Shown here: positions 16,038 to 25,013 of the stretch, in pieces | Layout: every line of letters starts with the position of its first letter | Numbering within the stretch: the stretch's first letter is position 1 | Source: a virus | Lineage: Duplodnaviria > Caudoviricetes | Reading direction: 5' to 3' (one strand) | Virus record (IMG/VR): IMGVR_UViG_3300042453_004282 | Location: 228-64,227 of that record | DNA: 64,000 bases | Notes under the pieces: model-generated | What the model was told of the DNA's origin: nothing | Seen by the model: the letters and a program-made list of their open reading frames with translations, nothing else | Database searches by the model: none | Position numbers and translations under genes: made by a program

Positions 16038-17951
16038 TTATATCCTCGCGACACGTTTGTCTTGGAATCGTACAAAACTGTTTTCTGCACTACGAATGCT
16101 TGAATGGGGTACGGCTGTGGGTTGCATCATTTGAGGCCGCGTCTGTGGTACGGGAAGATTTGCTACTAACGACGGAGACGCTGGCGGCGGCACAGGCGGC
16201 ATCGTTTCGCGTTCTGCACTAGTCTCCAGTGCATCTGCGACTGACATATCTCTGGCCATCAATCCTGCATCAATTGCAACACTCGCCGCCGTACCAAACC
16301 CCGGAAGGGTTGATGCTGCCCCAGAAGCAATCTCTGCGGTCGCTCCTAGCATGTCTCCTGCGAGCATACGTTCGACGCCAAGGCCCAAACCAACTGCGGC
16401 CCCAACGATTGGTAGCTTTTTCAACGCGGCCTTTCCTAATCCTTTTGCCGCAACTTTAGCGCCTCCCTTGGCAGCGGCCCCCTTGCCAAAGAGATCAAGT
16501 TGATCGGTTGCTTTTTTGCCAGCACCTCTACCTCCTACTGACGCCTTTCCGGGGCCACGTTTGCGTTTTCCACCTTTCCCCGACGCCGAAGTGCCACCGA
16601 ATAAATCTAGTTGCGATGAAGAGCTTTCCTCTTCTCGCTTCTCCGTATCCTTCGTGATTACTTCCGTCAAGGCTTCAATTTTTTGTGCCACCTCAGTTTG
16701 TGCCTTTGTGTTGTCTTTCAGTGCAGCCTCTACTGGCGCCGCTTCGCCGCCAGAAAACATATCAGTCTGTTCTGGGGACGCTTGAAAGCTTCCATACTTT
16801 TTCTGTCTGGGGGATCGCTTTCTTTTCTTGGACGGAGTCACTGGGTTGCCAAAAAGATCCACATCCCCTTCCGTTGCTGGCTGATCGGTGAAAAGATCCA
16901 ACTGCGGGACGGCTGGAGAGGCCACAGAGGCTGCCGAGGCGGCTGGAGAGGCCACAGAGGCTGCCGAGGCGGCTGAGGCGGCTGGAGAGGTCGTAGAGGC
17001 TGCTGCCGGTGAGGCGGCAGCCGTCATTATCTTCGGCGGGTTGAACAGGCTATACTGCGCCGGGTCTCCTGCCGCCGGAATCGGCTTGGGAGCAAGGGTT
17101 TGCCCCTTGAATAGGTCAAGTTGCTCAAAAGTCGGCTGCGCAGCCGGTGGGGCGGCTGGTTCTGGTTTCTTGAACAGATTTTTGATGATCCCGCCAATTG
17201 ACATGCTTGTCTTTTTCTTTTCCACCAATTCGTCCAAGGATTTTCCTTCTGGGGACACGCGACCAAACATGGCGTCTGCTACACCACGCACTCCACCCGA
17301 GGCCACACCCTTGGCGGTGCGCTTGACCATCCCCCCGAAAGATTCCCCTTCTTCTTGCTTCCAGCGCACCCCCGGAAATACTAGGCGCAAATCTGACATC
17401 ACATCCTTTTTCAAATTACCAAGCAACACTTCCTTCGCAGACCTATCTGGCTTCGTATTCGGCCCAGTGTCCATCTGGCGCGCTTCTTTGATAACAGTCT
17501 CTCGAATCTCCTTTTCCTTTTCAAGCTTTTCAATATCCTTTTCTAGCTTGTCAATGGTCTTCTGCTTGACTTCTTTTTCAAGTTTGAAGTCAGCTTTCGT
17601 TGTTTCGATTTCTGTCTTATACCGTTCGATTTCCTGTTGAAGCGCCTCACCTTCGACTTCATTCTTTGCTACCAACTCAGCCAGCAGATTACGAATTTCC
17701 CTGCGCTCTTTCTCCGTTGACCGGTCGCTCTCTGCAATTTTTTGCAGGGTGGTCAGCATCTTCTGGAAAATGAACTTCTGGTCGTCATCAATCGTTAATT
17801 GCCCATCCACACTGACGGTATCCAACGCAGAAGAAATTTTTCCTGCCATAGCTTTGCTATAGTCAAGATTCTTCATGCTGTTGAGTTCAGCAGAATTTCC
17901 GGAAATTGCCTGTTGAATGCCTAACGCAATATCGTCTTTGGTGGGATTCAT
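16038..17951 (-). CDS. Tape-measure-like (gp29-position) protein with repeated QLDLF motifs
   Basis: Coiled-coil N-half, Ala/Pro-rich middle, Gly/Ala hydrophobic segment (KKLPIVGAAVGLGLG...); directly downstream of gp26/gp51. Confidence 0.6.
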   Translation of the reverse strand: MNPTKDDIALGIQQAISGNSAELNSMKNLDYSKAMAGKISSALDTVSVDGQLTIDDDQKFIFQKMLTTLQKIAESDRSTEKERREIRNLLAELVAKNEVEGEALQQEIERYKTEIETTKADFKLEKEVKQKTIDKLEKDIEKLEKEKEIRETVIKEARQMDTGPNTKPDRSAKEVLLGNLKKDVMSDLRLVFPGVRWKQEEGESFGGMVKRTAKGVASGGVRGVADAMFGRVSPEGKSLDELVEKKKTSMSIGGIIKNLFKKPEPAAPPAAQPTFEQLDLFKGQTLAPKPIPAAGDPAQYSLFNPPKIMTAAASPAAASTTSPAASAASAASVASPAASAASVASPAVPQLDLFTDQPATEGDVDLFGNPVTPSKKRKRSPRQKKYGSFQASPEQTDMFSGGEAAPVEAALKDNTKAQTEVAQKIEALTEVITKDTEKREEESSSSQLDLFGGTSASGKGGKRKRGPGKASVGGRGAGKKATDQLDLFGKGAAAKGGAKVAAKGLGKAALKKLPIVGAAVGLGLGVERMLAGDMLGATAEIASGAASTLPGFGTAASVAIDAGLMARDMSVADALETSAERETMPPVPPPASPSLVANLPVPQTRPQMMQPTAVPHSSIRSAENSFVRFQDKRVARI

Positions 17952-17957
17952 GGTCGA

Positions 17958-18098
17958 TTACTTTTGGGTTTTCTTTTCAATGTAACGCATTAACAGCCCT
18001 ACATACACATCTCTTTCCCATGGCATCATGTGTTCCAATTCATTCAAGGAGTATTTGTGTTCTTGCATGAGGATGAAATTGACACGATAGTATTGCAT
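17958..18098 (-). CDS. gp51: Baseplate hub assembly chaperone gp51 (below ORF-track size cutoff)
   Basis: MQYYRVNFILMQEHKYSLNELEHMMPWERDVYVGLL...; frame stays open upstream to the gp26 slippery site. Confidence 0.85.
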   Translation of the reverse strand: MQYYRVNFILMQEHKYSLNELEHMMPWERDVYVGLLMRYIEKKTQK

Positions 18099-18118
18099 GA
18101 GGGAATCATGGGAAAGAG

Positions 18119-18820
18119 TTAGACGAAAAAATTGGCGATGTCTTCCAAGGTGAGAGTGTTACTCGTTGAGCACTTCGCGCACTCATAGTTGATGCGGTGT
18201 GTAATCTTTGGCATTGTCACGAAAAACTCTCTCAGTTTCTCAAACTGCTCAGAGGTGAGCGTATCAATGAACTGCACAAAGTCTTCCACAGGCGTACTCT
18301 GGTCGTCAAATACCTCATCTTGGGAATACACCGTGTGAATGCATTCAGCCACGACCCGATAGATCTCTTCAATTGACGCGGTGCGCGTGGACAGCAGTCC
18401 CAAATGCTTCAGCTTCGGGTATTTCATGTCCACCCGCAAGGTGTCGCTCAGGTCAATCGTAGCGCGATGCGCAGGATTTTGGTCAATGACGACATTATTC
18501 ACATTCAAGGTACTCGGTGTTGCGTGTTTACAATTCCCACAGACCAAGGTGAACTCCATCTCTTCGCTGACAGACTTCCCTCGAATTTGCAAAAAGATGT
18601 ACTGTACATCCACCATCGAATGTGATTCACACGACACCACATTCGAAGTACACGCTCGCACGGAGGTGTCAATCGCATGTATAATGTCAGCCGGGTCGTC
18701 ACTTTCTGCGGCCATTAACAACACTTTTTCTTCTTTCATGATAAAGGGACGGAACTGCACTTGCTGCTTGCTGACCGGAAGGGTGACCGAGAAGGTCGGC
18801 AGGGTGTTTAGATTGTGCAT
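18119..18820 (-). CDS. gp26: Baseplate hub assembly protein gp26
   Basis: FRPF..KEEK.LL, YIFLQIRGKSVSE, CxxC pairs, ends NFFV. Confidence 0.9.
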   Translation of the reverse strand: MHNLNTLPTFSVTLPVSKQQVQFRPFIMKEEKVLLMAAESDDPADIIHAIDTSVRACTSNVVSCESHSMVDVQYIFLQIRGKSVSEEMEFTLVCGNCKHATPSTLNVNNVVIDQNPAHRATIDLSDTLRVDMKYPKLKHLGLLSTRTASIEEIYRVVAECIHTVYSQDEVFDDQSTPVEDFVQFIDTLTSEQFEKLREFFVTMPKITHRINYECAKCSTSNTLTLEDIANFFV

Positions 18821-18852
18821 GATATATTCACTCTTGGGTTAATTTGATTCAT

Positions 18853-19467
18853 TTATGGCGTGAAAAAACTTGTGTCTGCTAATGGCGTGGCGGTTGGCAA
18901 CAGTACTACTGGGGCTGTCACCGGAACCTCTTTCTTGACCCACCGCTTGAAGGCAAAGTCTACGGTCATGCGAATGATTCCGATGGATCCATAAGCAACA
19001 GGCGTGAGGGAGATAGTCTTTGGAAATGCTTCTTCCAAGACCACTCCATACAGTTCTTTCTCGGAAAAGTCTCCTGTTGCGGAATCTGCTACTTCTGCGA
19101 TGGATATGACTTCTATTCGGCCAATGATGTCTTTATACTGGGCCACTTCGCGATTTTCTGTGATAATCTTCGACATCCACGCATCAAAATACCGGCGAGC
19201 CAACCATGTGTTATCTATCAAGAAGGTGAAGGTTGAACTCTCACCCATGTAATTAACCGTTGCGGGGCGTTGGATATTGAGGTTATTCAACCGGATGGAT
19301 CGCGTTCCTAACATAAGACCCGGAATGCTGGCGTCTTCGCAGAGTAGGGAAAGATCTCGCTCCATGTCAGTCCCAATATTAGGACCAAAAATGTTGACCT
19401 GATACTTTTCCCGTCTCGCCAGACCGTTCTGTCGCACTAACGATAGGAAGTCTTGGATGTTTGGCAT
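18853..19467 (-). CDS. gp54: Tail-tube initiator gp54-like (tail-tube fold)
   Basis: GLAR...CEDASIPG...FDAWM...EAFPKTI...VDFAFKRW. Confidence 0.7.
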   Translation of the reverse strand: MPNIQDFLSLVRQNGLARREKYQVNIFGPNIGTDMERDLSLLCEDASIPGLMLGTRSIRLNNLNIQRPATVNYMGESSTFTFLIDNTWLARRYFDAWMSKIITENREVAQYKDIIGRIEVISIAEVADSATGDFSEKELYGVVLEEAFPKTISLTPVAYGSIGIIRMTVDFAFKRWVKKEVPVTAPVVLLPTATPLADTSFFTP

Positions 19468-19472
19468 GAGGG

Positions 19473-20111
19473 TTATGAAATTTTTGAGATGGAATCGTTC
19501 CAGACTGTGCGCTTATCCGCCTTCATGAAGGTTTCAATTGGCAACATGGTGGCCATTTTCCAATCCGTGGGATTGATTTTCAACAAACTGGTTCGTATGT
19601 GGTTACCAAGATACTGCTTAATGCAAGGCTTCACCTCGGGGAATCGTACCGTATTCGACAAAAGCTCCCACGACAGGCGAAACCGGGTGCTCTCCGTGAT
19701 GGAATTGTCATTCGTATACCGCAACAACTGATTGAACAACTTTTCGCGCAAGATTGGTGGTAGATAGTGCAAATTGAGACCCAAAAAGCCATTTTTGAGG
19801 ATGTCAAACGGCAGTACCAGCGGGAACATGTCGTAGAACGGCAAGGTAGCCTTCAGCTTGGGGTCGTACATGAACAAGTACATGTCCCCCCACCGAACAC
19901 CTCCCCGGTATTCACCAATGCTTGAGTTGGCGATAGACATGGGTGGAACCGTGCTCAAGCTCAACTTCTTGATCTGGTTCGTATACCACATGTACGAATC
20001 TCTTACGCCTTTTTTCTGGGAAATGGCGATCTGGGTGCGCAAGGCATCCAGTTTTTTGTCAACTCCCTTCAAGATTGGTGCAGGTTTCTGCTGATTTGTA
20101 TCTTTTTTCAT
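19473..20111 (-). CDS. gp2: DNA end protector gp2
   Basis: YDPK.K.TLPFYD.FPLV, GLNLHYL and W..A..LP.E.F motifs. Confidence 0.9.
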   Translation of the reverse strand: MKKDTNQQKPAPILKGVDKKLDALRTQIAISQKKGVRDSYMWYTNQIKKLSLSTVPPMSIANSSIGEYRGGVRWGDMYLFMYDPKLKATLPFYDMFPLVLPFDILKNGFLGLNLHYLPPILREKLFNQLLRYTNDNSITESTRFRLSWELLSNTVRFPEVKPCIKQYLGNHIRTSLLKINPTDWKMATMLPIETFMKADKRTVWNDSISKIS

Positions 20112-20139
20112 GTTTTTTTGGTTTTTTTCATTTTACCCC

Positions 20140-20167
20140 TTGACAAAACTGTTTTTCGGGCTAAATT
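20140..20167 (+). promoter_or_regulatory. Sigma70-like promoter facing the intergenic inverted repeat
   Basis: TTGACA-16 bp-TAAATT with no downstream plus-strand ORF. Confidence 0.4.
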
Positions 20168-20268
20168 TATGCTGTCGTTGTGGTTCAATGAATAATTGGA
20201 TCTAGTGAAATCATGATAATGCTATTTATGCTACTTGTTAAAAAGACAAGACACGAGCGAACGAAGTG

Positions 20269-20371
20269 AGCGAGCCGGAACGAGCGAAGCGAGTGACGAC
20301 AGAAGACACATGAACAGATAGATCCTGTTCCGTCTCAGATTCGTCACTCGCTTCGCTCGTTCCGGCTCGCT
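20269..20371. repeat. Perfect 31-bp inverted repeat with 41-nt loop
   Basis: AGCGAGCCGGAACGAGCGAAGCGAGTGACGA (20269-20299) and its reverse complement (20341-20371). Confidence 0.9.
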
Positions 20372-20387
20372 TCGCTCGCAGCACTGT

Positions 20388-20840
20388 TTACATGTTACTG
20401 AGATCGCGTTCAGTAATGATCATGAATTCCCATCCCATGCGCTTTGCCGCCTGTTTGGCCGCGTCCCATTTCGCATTATTGACGGACCATTGCACGACCT
20501 CGGCAATGAAATTTTGAGATTTCCTCTTCGGCACAACGGGTTCCTGAGTGAACCGAAATGGCTTGATCTCAATCAGATACTTCTTCACTTCCCCATCCTT
20601 ATTTTTGATCTTGATGTAGAAATCAACAAAATAGCGATGGGGTTTGTTGTCTTTGGGGCTGATATAGGGGACAACCACTTCTTCGGATCCCCATTCAAGC
20701 ACATTCGTATTGAGGTCGCACCATTTCATGAAGCGCAATTCCACAGAACTGCGATACCGGATGTCGCTTAAGTTGCCACGGTATTTTGCAGGATTGGCCG
20801 GTACATAGCGGCCCGTGTAGGTGTGTTTTGTATACGGCAT
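20388..20840 (-). CDS. gp4: Head completion nuclease gp4
   Basis: NPAKY.G, YRSS.E, W.SEE, HRYFVDF, IEIKP, N.AKW.AA and ITE motifs. Confidence 0.92.
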   Translation of the reverse strand: MPYTKHTYTGRYVPANPAKYRGNLSDIRYRSSVELRFMKWCDLNTNVLEWGSEEVVVPYISPKDNKPHRYFVDFYIKIKNKDGEVKKYLIEIKPFRFTQEPVVPKRKSQNFIAEVVQWSVNNAKWDAAKQAAKRMGWEFMIITERDLSNM

Positions 20841-20885
20841 AGAGGGGTCTGAGGAATCTACTATTTATCTCGTTCAAAGATGCCA

Positions 20886-20893
20886 TATAAATA
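20886..20893 (+). promoter_or_regulatory. T4-type late promoter
   Basis: TATAAATA upstream of gp48; a divergent ATAAATA at 20862-20868 faces gp4. Confidence 0.75.
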
Positions 20894-20920
20894 CAGGTAC
20901 ACCATTTTGCGGACCACGAC

Positions 20921-22129
20921 ATGCCCTTTCAGAATACTCCGATTTCGAATATTCCGCAGCCTCGTTCATTCTTGGAAGACTCCAATCGAATTGTCCCGAG
21001 ACTTCCCGACCTGAATTCCCAGATGGGGCAGAGTTCTGTCACCCCGGAAACTGCCGCCTTCTTAAACAACAGAACCTCCACATTACAGATGCTTCGGTAT
21101 CCAACTGGTGTTGGTGTTCAGGAAGAATATCCACACTGGTTGAAGATTGAGACCCATGTTCGCGCCTCAAATGAATTGCTCCTGTCGAAGTACAACACGA
21201 ACAAAACTTTTGAAGCCCCTGAAGCGAAACAACAGAGATTGGATCCAAATGCTGCCAACTTACGCATCTCCACAGTTCTAGGGGCTGGTGTAGGTGGTGC
21301 CGCAGGGAATTTTGTTGGGAAAAAGATCATAGACGGGTTGGCAAGCCGTGCCGCACAACTGGGCAGCGCCGCACTGTCAACAATTGGAAAAACGGCGATT
21401 GGTGGTGCGACGACGATTGGTGGCGCGATTATTGGCGGTGGGACTGGATTGGTGGCGGGGGCGTTATCTGGCCCAAATGGATATAAGACCTTAACCTCAG
21501 TGATTGGCTTGGCGCTTCAGGATCCCATTTCGGCGTCATACGCGAGCACATGGCAATCACAGGAGATTGGAGAATTTTTGGCCACTGGGGAAATCAGTCC
21601 CATGTCCATCGCACGTGAAACTATTCGCAATACCTATGGTCTTCGCGGCGCAGTTCCAAACGCGGCGGGAATCGAAGGCAATGCTGTCTTGGGGGCGCAA
21701 GAATTGGCATCTGGTAAGGTACGCAACCCATATAAGGAGCAGTTGTTCAAGGGGTCTGAGTTCCGAACCTTTACATTCAAATTCACGCTGCTTCCGGAAA
21801 GCATTGCAGAAGCGGAAGTGATTTTGCAGATCATCAAACAACTGCGGTCCACGATGTTGCCTAGCTTGGATCCGAGTGGGTTTTATTTGACCTATCCTGC
21901 GGAGTATACACTCACATACATGTACATGAATACCCAGAATACAAAGGTCAACGGTATTGGTACATGCGTCTTGACAGATCTAAGCACACGATATGGTGGC
22001 CGTGACTTCGTCACCTTTATTCCACCATCCGCCGACATGCGTGGCACACCAGCCGAATACGCTTTGTCCATGACATTCCGGGAAATTGTACCGATCACGG
22101 CGAATCAGGTATTGGAGGCAAATCTCTAA
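20921..22129 (+). CDS. gp48: Baseplate tail-tube cap gp48
   Basis: LRYP, NPYKEQLFKG..FRTF.F.F, CVLT...Y and L.MTFRE motifs. Confidence 0.8.
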   Translation: MPFQNTPISNIPQPRSFLEDSNRIVPRLPDLNSQMGQSSVTPETAAFLNNRTSTLQMLRYPTGVGVQEEYPHWLKIETHVRASNELLLSKYNTNKTFEAPEAKQQRLDPNAANLRISTVLGAGVGGAAGNFVGKKIIDGLASRAAQLGSAALSTIGKTAIGGATTIGGAIIGGGTGLVAGALSGPNGYKTLTSVIGLALQDPISASYASTWQSQEIGEFLATGEISPMSIARETIRNTYGLRGAVPNAAGIEGNAVLGAQELASGKVRNPYKEQLFKGSEFRTFTFKFTLLPESIAEAEVILQIIKQLRSTMLPSLDPSGFYLTYPAEYTLTYMYMNTQNTKVNGIGTCVLTDLSTRYGGRDFVTFIPPSADMRGTPAEYALSMTFREIVPITANQVLEANL

Positions 22130-23136
22130 TGTTCTCTCAGTTCCCGATTCTCATCGCGCCGATTGATCATATTACAACCGTGACCGCCCCTCTGCGCGGA
22201 ACCCTCACGGCAACAAAAGACTCTCGACAGATCACGACCACGGGAAACTTCATTGTTGAAGCTCCCGTGGGATCCAAGTTATTGGTGACGGTTGATGGGG
22301 TGACAACCGTTGTCGGCTATGTCGGCACGATTATTTCTTCAGGGGTGGCATTACTCGAAGAGCCATCAGCAGTGACACTGTCTGGATCCACCGCCACAGT
22401 ACATCAGTACAAGTCTGGTGTGGTACGAGGCAAGAACAACTATCTCTTTCCAGAGAAAGCCCAGCCGATCCTTATTGCAGATTTTTTTCGTCGGGTTCGT
22501 GTGACGGAACGATATGTGCGTGATGCTTCCGTATTGTTGCCCTATGAAGTACTGGAGAATGAGACACCAGAAATAGTCTCCACGAAATTCTATGGTACGC
22601 CGTTGTATCATTGGACGATCTTGCTGGCGAATGATATTTTGGATCCTCGCACTGAATGGCCATTGTCAGAAGTGCAACTCATACAAAAGATCTATGACCA
22701 ATATTCTGTGCCGGTAGATGGCACAGCGACGATTGATGGGATAAGTGGTTTGATGACTGGCGTCGGCACCACATGGACGGCGGACTTCTCTCCGCTCAAT
22801 CAAGTGATTGTCACAGACAAATACAAGGTATTGGGCACGGTTATCTCGGTGGGATCAAACACCTCGGCACAATTAAGCTATCCACCGGGGTTTTCCTACA
22901 CGGGAGACATTCGTCGGTGTGATTTGACTCAAGTGCATGAGTATCGAAATGTGGAGACTGGTTATGTTGAAGACTATGATGTCGAAAAGCTCGCACAAGG
23001 AATCATCTCGCCAATCACTATTCAAGAGTATGAAATCGAACAGAATGAAGCAAAGCGCCATCTGAAGATCATTCGACCAGACTTCATCACAGACTTTGCT
23101 CGTCAATTCTTTACCGCCCTCACTAGTGCAATCTAA
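22129..23136 (+). CDS. gp53: Baseplate wedge gp53 with inserted domains
   Basis: ETPEIVS.KFYG...HWTILLAN...EWPL and EYE...NEAKR.LKII motifs. Confidence 0.85.
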   Translation: MFSQFPILIAPIDHITTVTAPLRGTLTATKDSRQITTTGNFIVEAPVGSKLLVTVDGVTTVVGYVGTIISSGVALLEEPSAVTLSGSTATVHQYKSGVVRGKNNYLFPEKAQPILIADFFRRVRVTERYVRDASVLLPYEVLENETPEIVSTKFYGTPLYHWTILLANDILDPRTEWPLSEVQLIQKIYDQYSVPVDGTATIDGISGLMTGVGTTWTADFSPLNQVIVTDKYKVLGTVISVGSNTSAQLSYPPGFSYTGDIRRCDLTQVHEYRNVETGYVEDYDVEKLAQGIISPITIQEYEIEQNEAKRHLKIIRPDFITDFARQFFTALTSAI

Positions 23137-24527
23137 TGGCTGAATATTTGAATCCCGGTGCGGTTGCACTGGAAGACTGCATATTATTGACAGACAAAGG
23201 AGAAGAACTGGATATCAAGACATACATTGTGCAGATATCCATCTTTGAGGACATTTTCTCAAACGTCCTATCCGCAGAAATGCTGATGGCGGATAACAAC
23301 AATCTTGTGGGCACCGTACCGATCATTGGACGAGAAATTGTCACGCTCCGTTACCGAGTACCGGGATTTGTGGCGAGTATGCACCGATCCTTCTTTGTGT
23401 ACAAGGTGGAGAATCGCAACCCAACATCAGGCGACCGTCAGCAGATGTACGTCTTACATTTGATGGCAATTGAAGGGGTGTTGGACAATGTGACCTATGT
23501 ATCTCGTAAGTACACGGGATACACCGATCAAATTGCAGAAAACATCTTCAATGAATACTTGGCATGCCCTCGCATATGGAACAAGACCTATCCGTTTCCA
23601 TCCGGCATGTCTACTGGCAACACGTTTTTGACGCCCGAATGGAAGCAACGAGTTCCTGCGGAAAACATGAACACCCTGAACATCGTCGGTGATCGCCCAT
23701 TCAAGTCGCGCACGACTTGGGTGGTGCCTATGTGGACGCCCATGAAGGCGATGAATTGGTTGGCAACGAGATCTATCGACGGATCCACGAACGGTCCGAA
23801 TGTGCTGTTCTGGGAAACAACACAGGGCTTTTATTTCTCCAGTATCGATTCGCTCTTCGAAGCACAGAACATTCCTGCGAATCGAAAGACGTATTACTAT
23901 GGGTTGGACGAGGCGGCTATTCAACAAATCATGGCGGAAAAGAACTTAGGCTCAACCGCGCTCACGGGATATGAAAAGGTTGACGCGGTGACTATTCCGG
24001 TGTTTTCAGACTTCATCAAGTCGCAAGATTACGGTCACTTGGCGTCAAACATGCATGTGTTGGATATTGCCACGAAGCACTACCGAGAATATGTGTATGA
24101 TTATGCCAGCAACTTTGAAACATTCAAGCGCCTAGAGGGAGTTCGACCAACCTTCAATGCAAACCAGACGAGAAGTGTGTATTCTTACCGCACCTTTCGG
24201 CCCAGCCACGCTCGTTTGTTCAATGACTATGAGCCCCCTAAATACGAGCAATGGGTGGCTCAACGAACCAGCCTCATGTACGACTACAGCAATCTCCGTG
24301 TGGAGATTAGTACATTTGGCCGCTGTGATGTTCAAGCCGGTGAAGTGATTAATTTCTACTACCCAAAGATGGCTGAAAAAGGGAAAGGTTCCACCATCAC
24401 CGATGTCATTGACCCCTATCTCTCTGGCGCGTACTTGGTCGCTGCGGTTCGCCATATCATCACCGAGACGAAATATACAATGCGACTTGAGTTAATCAAG
24501 GAATCCTTCTCATCAAGTTTGGTATAG
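23136..24527 (+). CDS. Baseplate hub/tail protein (gp27-like)
   Basis: ISIFEDIF, FWET..GF and SG.YLV..VRH motifs; between gp53 and gp5. Confidence 0.65.
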   Translation: MAEYLNPGAVALEDCILLTDKGEELDIKTYIVQISIFEDIFSNVLSAEMLMADNNNLVGTVPIIGREIVTLRYRVPGFVASMHRSFFVYKVENRNPTSGDRQQMYVLHLMAIEGVLDNVTYVSRKYTGYTDQIAENIFNEYLACPRIWNKTYPFPSGMSTGNTFLTPEWKQRVPAENMNTLNIVGDRPFKSRTTWVVPMWTPMKAMNWLATRSIDGSTNGPNVLFWETTQGFYFSSIDSLFEAQNIPANRKTYYYGLDEAAIQQIMAEKNLGSTALTGYEKVDAVTIPVFSDFIKSQDYGHLASNMHVLDIATKHYREYVYDYASNFETFKRLEGVRPTFNANQTRSVYSYRTFRPSHARLFNDYEPPKYEQWVAQRTSLMYDYSNLRVEISTFGRCDVQAGEVINFYYPKMAEKGKGSTITDVIDPYLSGAYLVAAVRHIITETKYTMRLELIKESFSSSLV

Positions 24528-24530
24528 CAT

Positions 24531-25013
24531 ATGATGAACAATCTGTATGGACATAGTGGGTTTTACTGGTTTATGGGCGTGGTGGAAGACAGAAACGATC
24601 CCCTGAAAATGGGAAGATGTCGTGTACGAATCGCCGCCTATCACACCTCAGACAAAACGGTACTTCCTACGGCAGATTTGCCGTGGGCGATGCCCTTGCT
24701 GCCGATCACTTCGGCATCTGTGTCTGGTGTAGGCCATTCTCCGATTGGTCCCGTGGAAGGCACATGGGTGTTGGGCTTCTTCATAGACGGAGAAGATGCG
24801 CAGATTCCCATCATGCTTGGAACCTTCCCCGGACGCGCAGAACCAATCAATCTCACCTCGTTGGTTTCTCAGTTGGCGTCTGCGCTAACGGCGCCGCTTA
24901 TTTTGCCGGATACTGGCCTTTCGGCAACAGCAGTGCCAACGATCAACGCCGTCGAAACATTTGAAGCGAAGCAGCAGAGCCGTCTACAAGCTGATGTGAC
25001 ACAGGAGCCCTAA
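24531..25013 (+). CDS. gp5: gp5 N-terminal OB-fold domain as a stand-alone ORF
   Basis: WFMGVVEDRNDPLKMGRCRVRI...LPWA...GTWVLGFFIDG...P.MLG. Confidence 0.85.
   Translation: MMNNLYGHSGFYWFMGVVEDRNDPLKMGRCRVRIAAYHTSDKTVLPTADLPWAMPLLPITSASVSGVGHSPIGPVEGTWVLGFFIDGEDAQIPIMLGTFPGRAEPINLTSLVSQLASALTAPLILPDTGLSATAVPTINAVETFEAKQQSRLQADVTQEP

Noticed and set aside
16905-16995. 30-bp tandem repeat as a separate DNA element
   Set aside because: In-frame coding duplication (ASPAASAASV) within the linker of the tape-measure-like protein.
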